From Parasitella parasitica NRRL 2501 (lineage: Eukaryota; Fungi; Mucoromycota): 64,000 nt of DNA. This document shows, one piece after another, positions 37,709-49,459 of this stretch (positions are counted from its first letter, which is position 1; the number at the start of each line of letters is the position of its first letter). The notes beneath the pieces are model-generated. The model was not told where the DNA came from, searched no databases, and saw only the letters and a list, made by a program, of their open reading frames with translations. The stretch is taken from positions 1-64,000 of the forward strand of contig MU619250.1 of assembly GCA_025201805.1 (NCBI GenBank), given 5' to 3'. The translations under genes and the position numbers were made by a program.

Positions 37709-39238
37709 TTTTTTTTTTGTCTACTCTGTGCAAATGTCTTTACTATCATCAGCATGGTTATTCTCTCATCAAATATCTAATCGGTTAAAAACTTTTGAAA
37801 GACGAGTACATTCAACTGTAGATTTTAAAGTGTACTTATTATTACAATTTTGGTTTTCATGCAACGAAAATCACCGGTCTTATAGTAGTAATATTGCTTC
37901 TCAGATCACAAATTTGAAGTGGGCTAGAGCCTTTGGAAGATGCAACGCTCTACAGAAATGAAAAGATTGCAATGCGTAGTAATATCACAAGCTGCATCAA
38001 AAAATTCCTCGATTTATAAAGAGGAATATGATCTCATTACGAGTTTAATAGCATTTATTTTACTACAACATTTAAAAAAACACACACACACCATCCAGAA
38101 TTAACAATATGTTTGATGTTGGGTTGCACGTGGTCTGATCGTTCTTAATGCAACTGAACGAACACATAAAAATTGTTTGCATTGTATCTACAAAAATTAA
38201 CTTGAATATTCAAGTAAACAAGGTGTCTGATTGGCTGTAAAACTATAGATACTCTGTATAATGCGTATTGTACCACTGCATACAAACATCCTTGAATAGT
38301 GTAACGTTTTACAGCTCTTTTTTTTGGTTATTGGCATCAAGTTTTATCGATTTGCTTATGAAACCGGTACATCAAAAGTCCGTTATAACTGATCATTGAT
38401 GAATTATCATCTGTGAAGATTAGTATTTTTCAAACTGTTTTGTGGAAACCTTTTATTATATTTGAGACGGTCGACGTGCATGCAGGGTTGCCGTTGCTGT
38501 CAGCCTACATTTATGCATTATTTCAATATGTATACATCCCTCAGATCTACGGATGCTAAAAAAGTACAGCCATATAACTTGGAAAATAAACAGCAGAATC
38601 CAAAGCACAGACTTCCAAGAAGCTTCATATAAGCCATACAAGGAAAAAAGTAAAAAGTGTGTAATGTGCTAAGGTATTATTTTTTCAAAGGTGAACAGCT
38701 ATTTTTTATTTAATAAGATTGGGAATAACGTGGGAATTTAATCCTTAATTCTGTATTGCAAATGTCGAATATCAGCCACAAGGAACAAACCAAATCTTGA
38801 TACATAATTCTACAAAAAAGAACTATTTGCAGCACAAACATTCGTTGTTTATTCGAGCAAACAGAATACTAGGTCATATAACAACTTTTCGATGGAAATA
38901 AATAGATGCATCGATCCTTTACATTGTCCTCCTCTCCAGTCAAACGATATTTGTGTTAAGATTCCGAATATCCAATGTAACCCTATATCTGCGGGGCATG
39001 TGACATCATTGGTGGATTGATATGGTAGTTGAGGGAGGGTATATTTGATGGCATACAACAGTTGGTATTATTGCTATATCCATTACTCAACCCATTTATG
39101 ATTGGGGAGCATTGCACCTGGTGACTGCAGCCAGAAAAAAAAAGGTATATAAGCAAACAGATCTTGTCCATAGCTTTGTCTTTTTTTTTTTTCTTTACCA
39201 TCAACACTTCTCTCCACGACAAGATATCAACGATTAAA

Positions 39239-40586
39239 ATGGCTGCTTACGAATCTCTTGAATTTGAACAATTAAAGACCTCTTCTTTGGGTCAATGTAT
39301 CGGTATGGATTTGAAAATGCATATCGCTTAAATGATATGCAAGCGACATCTAACACCTTTCACTCTCATAGATCTTGCTTCTTCTGCTCTTGGATCCACC
39401 ATTGTTGCTGTCACTGATGAGTTCTTTGCTCCTGCCACCAACATGATCAACCCTGCTCCCCCAATTCACGCTCCCGGTCGTTTCGTCGGTAAGTAGCATT
39501 TGCTTGTTTCTTTCGGGATCAAAAATCTGATAAATCACACCATTACTGTAGACACTGGTGCCTGGATGGACGGTTGGGAGACCAAGCGTCATAACCCCAA
39601 CTATGATTGGTATGTATTATATAGAAAGAATGAAAGAAACAAAAAGGCAGAGAAAAGCACACAAAAGAGAACTCGGGAACTGACTATTTCTGAAAACACA
39701 GGGCCATCATCAAGCTCGGTTTCTCTGGCTCTTTCAAGGGTTTTGATATCGATACTCACTACTTCACCGGTAACCAAGCTCCTTTCGCTTCCGTCGATGC
39801 CGCTGTTGTTCCTGTCGGTGCTGATGCTCAATCCGCTGAAATCAAGTGGACCGAAATCTTGCCCAAGGTTGCCTTGCCTCCTACCCAGCACAATGTCTTT
39901 GCATTGAAGGAAGAGACCGCTGTCTACACCCATCTCCGCGTTAACAACATTCCTGATGGTGGTATTGCTCGTTTCCGTGCTTACGGTAATGTCTCCCCTG
40001 TCTGGCCTCAAGACAAATCGTAAGTTTTGCATTTATTTGTGATAAGTAAAATAGATAAGCTGATAAGAAGTTTTTTCGTAGCGCTATCGTCGATCTCGCT
40101 TTCTGCGGTAACGGTGCTCGTGCTGTTGAGGTTTCTAACCAACATTACACTCCCGGTTCCAACATCTTGTTGCCTGGCCGTGGCCAAAACATGGGTGACG
40201 GTTGGGAAACCAAGCGTTCTCGCACTCCTGGACACACTGACCACGTCCTCATCCGCCTCGGTGATAGAGGTCATATCTTAAAAGCTGTTGTTGACACCTC
40301 CAACTACTGCGGTAACTACCCCCACAAGATCATCTTGCAAGCTACTTCCTCTACCAAGGAAGTTCCTGAGGCTGATGCTGAATGGACCACTTTGATTGAA
40401 CCCGCCACCACTGGTCCTCATGATCTCTTCTACTTTGATCTCCCCCACACCGATAAGGTCTTTTCTCATGCCAAGATTGTCATTGTTCCCGATGGTGGTC
40501 TCAAGCGTCTCCGTCTTTACGGTGTTCGTGAGGGCGCTACTCTCCCTGCTCTCCCCATTGATATCGGAAATGCTGCTGCCCAGTAA
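39239..40586 (+). CDS. DAL2: Allantoicase, 5 exons
   Basis: Two allantoicase repeats: TDEFFAPA..., WMDGWETKRHN, GFDIDTHYFTGN, PDGGIARFRAYG; then MGDGWETKRSR, VDTSNYCGNYP, PDGGLKRLRLYG. ATG at 39239; TATATAA at ~39147. Confidence 0.96.
40041..40067 (+). promoter_or_regulatory. Cluster of three GATAAG (GATA-factor consensus) motifs in allantoicase intron 4
   Basis: GATAAG at 40041, 40054 and 40062 within intron 40020-40081. Confidence 0.4.
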
Positions 40587-41324
40587 ATTAACTAGCAGGA
40601 GGAAAAATAAGTGGAATTGTTCATGTTGGGAGTTGGTTTTCTAGAATTAAGATCCTTCTAATACTCGAAATTTTCATTCTTATTTGTTTAAATCACATTC
40701 AACTACTACATACCTTTTTGAAAAAACTGTAGATATAAAAATAAAACAATACACTGTACCATTACTGCCATTAAACAAAATTACAGACTTTGTCATGACC
40801 GCTTTAACTCTTAAACGAACTATAGAATAGATGTCTAATTTAGCACGATGAAATTGTTAGCACGATGAAATTGGCGAACACCGAGGCTTTTGATGACTAG
40901 ATCGTTACAGACAGAATCAAACGCGAGTTTATATTTCTAGAATAGGTTCTTGCGATATGGATTGATGGTTCAACACACATCAAATAATCTTGGGCGATGC
41001 AGAAACTCTCAACTGGCGCAGAACTTTTATTACTGACACGCTAGGATTTAGAATACGATGTTTTCCTAATCAGTACTGTGTAATAGGAGAAGCCGTCTTC
41101 AGATATTGCTGTCAAATTTTGAGTAAAAAAAAGGTGTAATAATCACACAGTCTCCATCGTATACGTTTAATGTACATTGATACAGTCTTTTGCTTCCAAT
41201 ATGCAGACAATTAGACGCAGAACTTCAATCTGAGATTGTTTGTCACTTCTCTACTTTTCTCAGAGTGTGCTTCTTTTCTTTTCTTTTTTTTGTAATAAAA
41301 AAAGAAGCAAACCGATATACAGCC

Positions 41325-42589
41325 ATGGTAGAGCTTGATCCACAAATCTTCTTTACAGAATCTCGAAATATATTAGATGATCATGTGAGTCTTAGTTTAT
41401 AAGGCTAGTATCGTAATTTTCTAAAGCAATACAAAACATATAGCATGATAGAAGAGAAAGAATTATCAAAGTATCAAGGTTAGACATATGATTACAGCCA
41501 GAGACTTTCTGCTTTCTGAATATCAGCATTGTAGGGATATTACAGCACTCAGCAAAAAGATGATATTCGCATTGCATAGGTACATACAGACACGCCCTTT
41601 TACATGGCGATAATTGATATAGTAGTATTTATATCCTTATATGAATACGATTAGAGCAGTTCAAGCAAACAATAGCAACCCAAATTATAAGGAAGCTGAC
41701 AACCGTCAAGAAGAAATTATTGCATTGTTCAAGAAACTAGCTATTGATATACAAGGGTTGCATTATCACAGGTAATTCTCTTTATGTTAAAGACTTGTAC
41801 ATTAACATTTGATTAAATTCTAGATATGCAAGAAGCTTTTCAGGCGGATTTGAGGAGTTTGTAGGGCAATTGAATGATAAAAAAAAAATACCAGGACCAT
41901 TACTTACTTTATCATGTACATGTAGATTGAAGCTATCGCATTCTATCATTTTTTGCTTCATAAAACTGTCATTACAAAAGACCAAGTGGATGCATGTTTC
42001 AAAGATGCACAAGGTCAAATGGTAACGCACATACGCCGTTTAGAAATATTACACCAGCCAATTTACAACTTGCACTAATTTAGTGGATTCCTGTCAAAGT
42101 AGAGGATTATGTAAAGGAGTATATGAATAGGTATATTTCAATACATTATAGACTAACTTGAAACTTGCTAGATTTTAGGTTTAGCCGATTTCACTGGTGA
42201 ATTAATGCGGCATGCAATTCATGTAGTTTCTACAGGAAAATACGATCAGGCGATGGTTATTTGTAAGCTTTTAAGAAAGATTGATCTAGGTTGGTGAAGA
42301 ATCATTAAAATAAAATTCGATCGAACAATTAAGACCATGATAGATTTTGATCTGATTGCAACATCTTACTTGCCCCTGTTATCCAAAAAACTGGGGGCCT
42401 TGAAAGGAAGCATCAAAAAAGTTGAGCAAGGTAAACCCTCAGCCTGTGCCTGCATAGTGGATCATAAAGCTAATACAAATCATAGCCTGTTACACTTTTC
42501 AGATAAGAGGAAGTGAATACCCAGAAGAAATGTATTTGACAATCATCAAAAACCATCAGGATAATTATGAGCATGAACAGATTTCTTGA
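41325..42589 (+). CDS. TSNAX: Translin-associated factor X (TRAX, C3PO nuclease subunit), ~10 exons
   Basis: Hand-spliced: MVELDPQIFFTESRNILDDH|HDRRERIIKVSR|DITALSKKMIFALHR|...HYHR|YARSFSGGFEEF|IEAIAFYHFL...|WIPVKVEDY|ILGLADFTGELMR...|...SIKKVEQ|ACYTFQIRGSEYPEEM...*. The catalytic EExxE and DxTGE acidic residues are intact. Only exon 1 appears in the ORF track. Confidence 0.93.
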
Positions 42590-42686
42590 GTAAACACAAA
42601 ATGTATTTGAAATAATAGCAATAAAATATACACAAAAACTAGAAAGAGAAATCCTTCCACATATGACGAATAAATAGGTGCACTTT

Positions 42687-44852
42687 CTAATGAAATTTCT
42701 CAAGGGCTTCAGCTTCAGCCTCAATGGCAGGAGGAGCAGCCTTCCCTTCCATTTGATATCCAGCTGCATCTTGGTCAGCCATTCTCTTGAGACGAGCCTC
42801 TTCGTCAATAACATCGTAATGTCTAAATACAATATAGTAGATGATACCTGTAACAAATGCTCCTACGGCTACGCCAGCATAGACATACGTCATGTAGGGA
42901 TCGTGTGCTGATGGTGAAATAGCCAGAGAGATCAAAGCAGCAACACAGTTTGGCCACAACGAAAGAGCAGAAACCAGGGATTTCATCGACTTTGGAGCAT
43001 GCGTGTAGGCGTATTCCATGGAGGTGATAGACGCAAAGATTTCAGAGAAAGCAATGAGGATGTAACAAGGAATTTGCAGAAAGACGCTGACATTCGATTG
43101 CTTACCGAGCGATGAAATGAACAGGTCATCTATGTAGATATAATGCTGAAGAACAGAAGCATAGACCATGGCAAAAGACCCGAGGAAGAAGCCAACAGTA
43201 ATACGCTTTTGGCTAGCAAAATTGATTTTGTACTTGCGCAATAGAGGGTAGAGGATGCCATCAGTGATAGGAATGAAAATAATGAGAGCAATAGGGTCAA
43301 AGTTGTTCATAATATCGTTGGGAAGGCCGGCAGGCTTGCTCATGACACCCGCTTGAGACAACAGGTTGTTTGACAGCTGGTTGTAAGAGACCCAGTAGAT
43401 GCTAAGAGGGATAAAGATCTTACATGCCATAATCGCTTGCTTCAATTCATCGACAAAGGTATCATCCCATTTGACTTTCTCGCTAGTTTCCGCAGACCAT
43501 TCACTGACGGCGGGGATATCCGAACCTCGCTTGGCAAAATCCATGACATCTTTTGATCTCTTACGAGCTTCCTTGTTTTCTGGTAACTTGGCCTGGGCCA
43601 ACGCAAATTTGATCACTTTCCAAGCCTTGAGGATAACAGAATCAGTAGCAGTGGGCTTGTAATAGAGCTTTGAGCCAGCAATAAAGACAAGAATGGCTAC
43701 AGCAAACATGCATGTAGGCAATAAAAAGGCCGCATAGAAACCAACATTCAGTTCCAAAAGGGGGCAAATAACACCACCCAAAAGCGAACCCACATTAATA
43801 GCCCAATAAAACCTAAATGTAGCAAAAATCCGTTAGATTATCAAAATGAAACGGAGACTTTGCCATCGGTTGCAACTTTTACCAGTTGTACAAATGTTGG
43901 ATACTCAGATCATAATCCACCATGACATGTTCGCCAGATTTAAGTTCCTTGACGTAATTCTCAGTCTTCCTGTATTGGTCTGCACAAAGAGGGGAAACAA
44001 TGCCCTTGATACCCCCGGTACCAACTATACAAGAAAGAATCAGTGAAACCTTAATTTGAATATTCATGCTTTACGTTACAGCCAATAACCACAAGAGCGA
44101 CGACGTAACCTGGGAAACCAGCTCCGTTTGCTAAAGCGGAGGGAATGGAAGTTGTTGTGAGAATTAACCAGCCGACCATGTAAATAATCGAAAATATAAT
44201 AATTGTCCAATAACGGCCAATATAACCATCTAAGTAGGTCCACGGAAAAAAGTTTGTTTAGTTGACATGTATAATAGCGATTTATTTTTTCTTACCAGCA
44301 ATAATAGCACCCAACATTGGTGTAAAATAACAGAAAAAGGTAAAAAAGTTTTGCAATGCAGTAGCTGTAGATTGGCCGCGATTCAATTCACCAGCGGGAT
44401 CATCCGTAGGGCCATTCTGATTGCAAAATTGAGGAAAAGCACCATGATTTTCATACTGTCACCTAAAGCTTACCTGAACATAATTCTGGAAAGGAGTGGA
44501 CCCACCATAGTATGCAAATCTACAAACAGTATGAAATGATCGTGAGAAATATATCCTACCTGTTATAGAAAAAAAGCCAAGAAAAGAAATTTGTAGAACA
44601 GTAAATATTTTACCTTTCACTGTACGCAGATGGAATGTTAGCCATTATTGATGTAAAAAAAAAAAGGAAAAGTGCTTACCAGAATTCATTGACCAGAATA
44701 AAGCAGGCGGCAAGAGGAATGCCCTCTGCTACTCGACGCAAATTGACAGCGTCTTGATGGGCATTTAATGCCCCAACATGCTCGTACTCCACTTCCGTAG
44801 TGACATCAAAGTTCGCTTCAAACTTTTTATCGTCTTCCTTTAAAACTGACAT
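42687..44852 (-). CDS. PTR2: POT/PTR-family proton-coupled oligopeptide transporter
   Basis: NEF|CE|RFAYYG (ExxERFxYY), FFCYFTPMLGAIIA|DGYIGRYWTI, GTGGIKGIVSPLCADQY, FYWAINVGSL, QIPCYILIAFSEIFASITSMEYAYTHAPKSMKS. ATG at 44852 lies just before an N gap. Confidence 0.94.
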
Positions 44853-44874
44853 TCTACTCTTTTTTTTTTTTTTT

Positions 44875-45479
44875 NNNNNNNNNNNNNNNNNNNNNNNNNN
44901 NNNNNNNNNNNNNNNNNNNNNNNNNNNNNNNNNNNNNNNNNNNNNNNNNNNNNNNNNNNNNNNNNNNNNNNNNNNNNNNNNNNNNNNNNNNNNNNNNNNN
45001 NNNNNNNNNNNNNNNNNNNNNNNNNNNNNNNNNNNNNNNNNNNNNNNNNNNNNNNNNNNNNNNNNNNNNNNNNNNNNNNNNNNNNNNNNNNNNNNNNNNN
45101 NNNNNNNNNNNNNNNNNNNNNNNNNNNNNNNNNNNNNNNNNNNNNNNNNNNNNNNNNNNNNNNNNNNNNNNNNNNNNNNNNNNNNNNNNNNNNNNNNNNN
45201 NNNNNNNNNNNNNNNNNNNNNNNNNNNNNNNNNNNNNNNNNNNNNNNNNNNNNNNNNNNNNNNNNNNNNNNNNNNNNNNNNNNNNNNNNNNNNNNNNNNN
45301 NNNNNNNNNNNNNNNNNNNNNNNNNNNNNNNNNNNNNNNNNNNNNNNNNNNNNNNNNNNNNNNNNNNNNNNNNNNNNNNNNNNNNNNNNNNNNNNNNNNN
45401 NNNNNNNNNNNNNNNNNNNNNNNNNNNNNNNNNNNNNNNNNNNNNNNNNNNNNNNNNNNNNNNNNNNNNNNNNNNNNNN
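44875..45479. other. Assembly gap (605 N) bounded by poly-T/poly-A
   Basis: N run in the PTR2 promoter region. Confidence 1.
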
Positions 45480-45536
45480 AAAAAAAAAAAAAAAAAAAGA
45501 GCCCCCTATAATAAGGGCAAACACAAATGTGTGAAA

Positions 45537-46463
45537 TTAGCCTGCCAACATTGCTTGTTTCTCCCTAGCCGGCTTGGCAGCTAATTGAATTGGGAATTAG
45601 GATTCTACGGAGCTATATTAATCATTCAAGGGCCTTACCTTGCTTATCCTCTCTGATAGAGGAAGGTATATGAGTTGGGACGTCTGGTATTTGATCAGGA
45701 AGAGTCTGTGGTAGCTCAACATCAGGAACTTTGGGTAATGCTGATTTAATCTGCATTTAAGGACGTATTAGTTTGATTTGCTGTACGTCTCGGTCTGTAA
45801 AATATACCTCTTGCTCGCGGAGATCATCTAGTTCCTTCGAAATCTCTTCTTCATCTTCAGAGCTTATTAATCCATGCAGCATTTCATCGATTTCCTATCA
45901 AACCGCTTTAGCATAAACACGGTGCCAAAAGAGCCCTTTTTTTTTTTCCTTTACTTTCTGATAGGCAATTGCATCAGCTGTGTCATCCATTAATTTCTCG
46001 ACAGCTTCTAATGATGTCTCCTTGTGGATCTCCTTTAATACATCGTTGCCACACTTCAATCCCTCCAAAACTTGCTTTTCAACAAGCGCAAACTCAATAG
46101 AATTCGTCTAGACGGCATAATTAGTAGTGCAGATAGTTTGCAACCTGCCTACACTTACTAATTCTTCTAGATTCATTAGTTGTTGATAGGTTTTGTCAAG
46201 TAACTGGATTTGATATTTCTTTTTTTTCAATGCTAAAAGTGCCTTTTGTTTGTTTCCTTGCTGTATTGCTAGTTTGGCTGCCTCAACCTCTCTGTCAATA
46301 ACTACGTTAAGCTAATTGACACTGAATGAGCTGTCTGTTTTGTTATTTCATTAAAGGATTTCACCTTTTTCTGATATCTTTTGAGCTTATCTCTTTGGAC
46401 TTTCAAATCCAACACTGCTCTATCTTGCGAAGTAACTCTGTTCTTTGACGCGCCAGCTCCCAT
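45537..46463 (-). CDS. VPS20: ESCRT-III subunit Vps20/CHMP6 (Snf7 family)
   Basis: MGAGASKNRVTSQDRAVLDLKVQRDKLKRYQKK; ALLALKKKKYQIQLLDKT; SIEFALVEKQVLEGLKCGNDVLKEIH; VEKLMDDTADAIAYQ; acidic/Pro tail. TAA at 45537-45539. Confidence 0.94.
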
Positions 46464-46810
46464 ATTGTTAAATAGATAAAATGAAAAGGAAGAATACATG
46501 TTTCCTATAAGGTCACATTATATCTATACTTGGAGAGAATTAACTCATAACCAATCATAAAACTGAATACTGCCGAAGATTATCGATGCTTTGAGGGATT
46601 GTTTTCATCTTAATTACACATACCAAGTGAAGGTATTGAGCGATATTCATTCTTCAAAAAGCTGAACATGCCTTTGGATTTTCTTTTTCCATAAAAAAAT
46701 TAATCAGAACATACAAATAATCCAAGATTAAACCATGACACAGAAGCATGAAAGCTTGGCTGTTTTACTGTATGCCCAATTTTAAATCTGATACTGTTTA
46801 TTAAAAGAAA

Positions 46811-47950
46811 TTAAGCAGTGTCTACCAAAGCAAAGCGAGAAGCACTGCGGTCAAATAGACTCGATTTCAGGTCAAGGTCTTGTAAATAAGGGTGTTGAGG
46901 CGCAACCTCTTTCAATTGACTATGCAGAGAATATTAATATTGCAGCGAACAAAATCACGTTATTACATACCTGACATAACGATTGACAATTTCTTGGGAT
47001 TTAGCAGTTAAAGTGGCACATGCAATCATGTTGATTAGTGTGTCTGGATTATCAGAATCCTATACAGCACATATTACATCTCAAAGTAAAGCCAAATCTC
47101 TCTTTGGAATACTCACCTTGTTTTGAGCCTCCAACAACAAACTCTCGGCTTCAGGATATCTGCCTAAAGTGAGGTTGGCAGCAGCCTGTCCATTCAAAAC
47201 CTTTACTGTTTGAGCTGTCTTCGATTGTCCAAACTCTTCGTAAATGTAAAAAGCTTCTTGATATTTCTCTCCACCCTATCGTTATTGTCAATAATCGCCA
47301 CATACTTTATCTCCATTTAAAAGCTATACCACGCGAAGATCAACCCAGGCTTCCATCATTTGCAATAACAAGGCATCCTCAGCCCAAGTTTTAACACTCG
47401 CAACTTCGTTTCTCGCTAAATCTAAGCGGTCCAGTTGTAGGTATATCTGTACAGCCAAAGCAGAGCTAAATCCTCCCAAAAGCTATCAGTCTCATACTTG
47501 TACAATATCAGCCAGAAATTACCATTCTATTTTCTTTTTACGAGAATGAAGAGTTCTCAAAGCATCCTCAAAGCGTCCAGCCTGCACCAAGATAGTAGCA
47601 AGTGTCACTTGAATGACAGAGTTGATACGGTTGGCACCTTCTTCGAGCAGATTGTTTGCTTTTACAACATAGTCCTCAGTATTGGTGGTGTTATTCTTTT
47701 GCTTGTCTGCTAAAAATTCAGCCAGCAGCTTGATGGCCTTTAAAGAAGGCTCATCATTTTCACCAATGTCGTTTACAACCAGGTTGTATTTGCCTTGGGC
47801 GACATAGGAACGGTACAAGAACGTTTGAGCTTCCAACTTGGCTTCAGTTGAAAGGAGTTCGTTGCTGGAGCTAACTTCATTAATCACTATTTGGTAGTTT
47901 CCAATAGTGAAAATTTCACGGAGGCCAAATAAAACTGACTCTTCATCCAT
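46811..47950 (-). CDS. SEC28: Coatomer epsilon subunit (COPE/Sec28)
   Basis: LFGLREIFTIGNYQ, FLYRSYVAQGKY, AVQIYLQLDRLDLA, EDALLLQMMEAWVDL, GEKYQEAFYIYEE, LNGQAAANL...YPEAESLLLEA, C-terminal SLFDRSASRFA. Confidence 0.93.
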
Positions 47951-48809
47951 AGTTGCTGTAATGTTCGTTGAAAAAAAGAGACAATGTGAATTTGCACCTG
48001 CAACGTGTCGAGTTCAGCTGGCGGGTTTCTTGCTGAGTTTTGATAGAACGAGCGACTCCTTCATAGTCGCTCATAGTACCACTTCATAAAACGGCACAAG
48101 TTGATACAATAAAACAGACAAAATGATCTCTCTGGATTACATGTATATTAGTAAAAATTGGTCTTTAATCCCTTGTAATCCAAGTGGAAGTACAGAATCA
48201 AGTGGAATCGAAGTGGAATTGCTATCACATGTGGAATCAAACAATTTACAAAAACACATAACTATCAAGTTATGATTTACATGTATGATCAAAACACTTT
48301 TCGGTATTTCAGGCTACGAATGTAATACTGTGTCTTGAAGTTTATCAGAACACACCAACGATATCTTTTTAAGATGATTGTGATTTTTTTTAAGCTGTAA
48401 CCTCTATTTTCAAGCGCTGCAATGTAGCATGACAATGTAACATTTTTAAATGCTATCATGTAAGCTAGTACGTTGTCTTTAAGCGTGCCGATTTAGAACA
48501 ATTTTGTTACAATTAAGCATAGTACTGTAGCTTTGAAATATAGGTATGTTTAAACTTATGTAGTCAATTACAAAACCGTTAAGCGGCTTCTTTTTTTTTT
48601 TTTTTTTTTTTTCCATTCTAAGCATGGCGATGCAGTCTTTTTTAAGCACCAAATGTAAGATAATGCTGAGCCAATGTATTGGTCTATTTAGGCGTATTGA
48701 TGTACTTGGGTTCGAAGGAATAACAGAGTGAAATCTTCATCATAGCATTCTTGAAAGCAAGTCGGTTAAACGTTCTAGCCTTCTCCACTATGCCATTGTA
48801 TCAATAAAA

Positions 48810-49050
48810 ATGCGCCCAAGAAAGAGAGAAAAAGTATCCCTTTCTCTTTCTTTCTTCTCATTGTTTTTTCTTTCAATATCATTTGTATTGGCACCAGCAT
48901 TAGATGTGGCTGCACTCAAATATTTTCCATAAAGCAGCACTCACCCAAGATACTTGCTTTTCTAGCGCATGCATCGAAACAACAGCAAGTTTATTAAATC
49001 TATGAACATAATTGTTGACCCTTGCTCTGATTTTTACCAATATATGTGTA
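48810..49050 (+). pseudogene. Relic of the 5' end of an M13 (neprilysin/ECE-family) metallopeptidase gene
   Basis: Signal/anchor-like MRPRKREKVSLSLSFFSLFFLSISFVLAPA ends at TAA. TCFSSACIETTASLLN follows in another frame and, after a frameshift, KSMNIIVDPCSDFYQYMC (M13 DPCxDFYxYxC motif). No downstream HExxH region was found. Confidence 0.7.
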
Positions 49051-49459
49051 ATCCAGAGAGACAATTATGTCTGTCTATTGTATTGAGTTGTGCCGTTTAT
49101 CAGACGGTATTAGATCAAACAAGTCAATGGAACAGTTGCAAAATGAGATTTGCAGCATTTTTTATCGCTATTGCGTAAAGGGAGAGTTGCATGTCTCATG
49201 TTTATTCAAGTACGGTAGTATTCATGTGTAATAAGGAGTTTTCATGTGACAAGATTGGTTGCTATTGCGACATTTTTATACATGTTGTATATATTCGGCC
49301 TCCAAACTCCAAATATAATAGCATTTCTGTATATTATAGGAAAATAAGGATTAAAAATAGCATGCATTGGAGGTCACTTGAGACGACAAACATTTGTATA
49401 GTCAATCTACTTCCGTTACATATCAACCTTTCATCTCTTTCTTCCCTCTATCTTTTCAA

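Noticed and set aside
40840-40873. 17-bp tandem duplication TTAGCACGATGAAATTG x2
   Set aside because: An isolated slippage or footprint-like duplication with no supporting element.
39239-44852. DAL-type nitrogen cluster (allantoicase + PTR2)
   Set aside because: The two genes are separated by TRAX, and no other allantoin-pathway gene is present.
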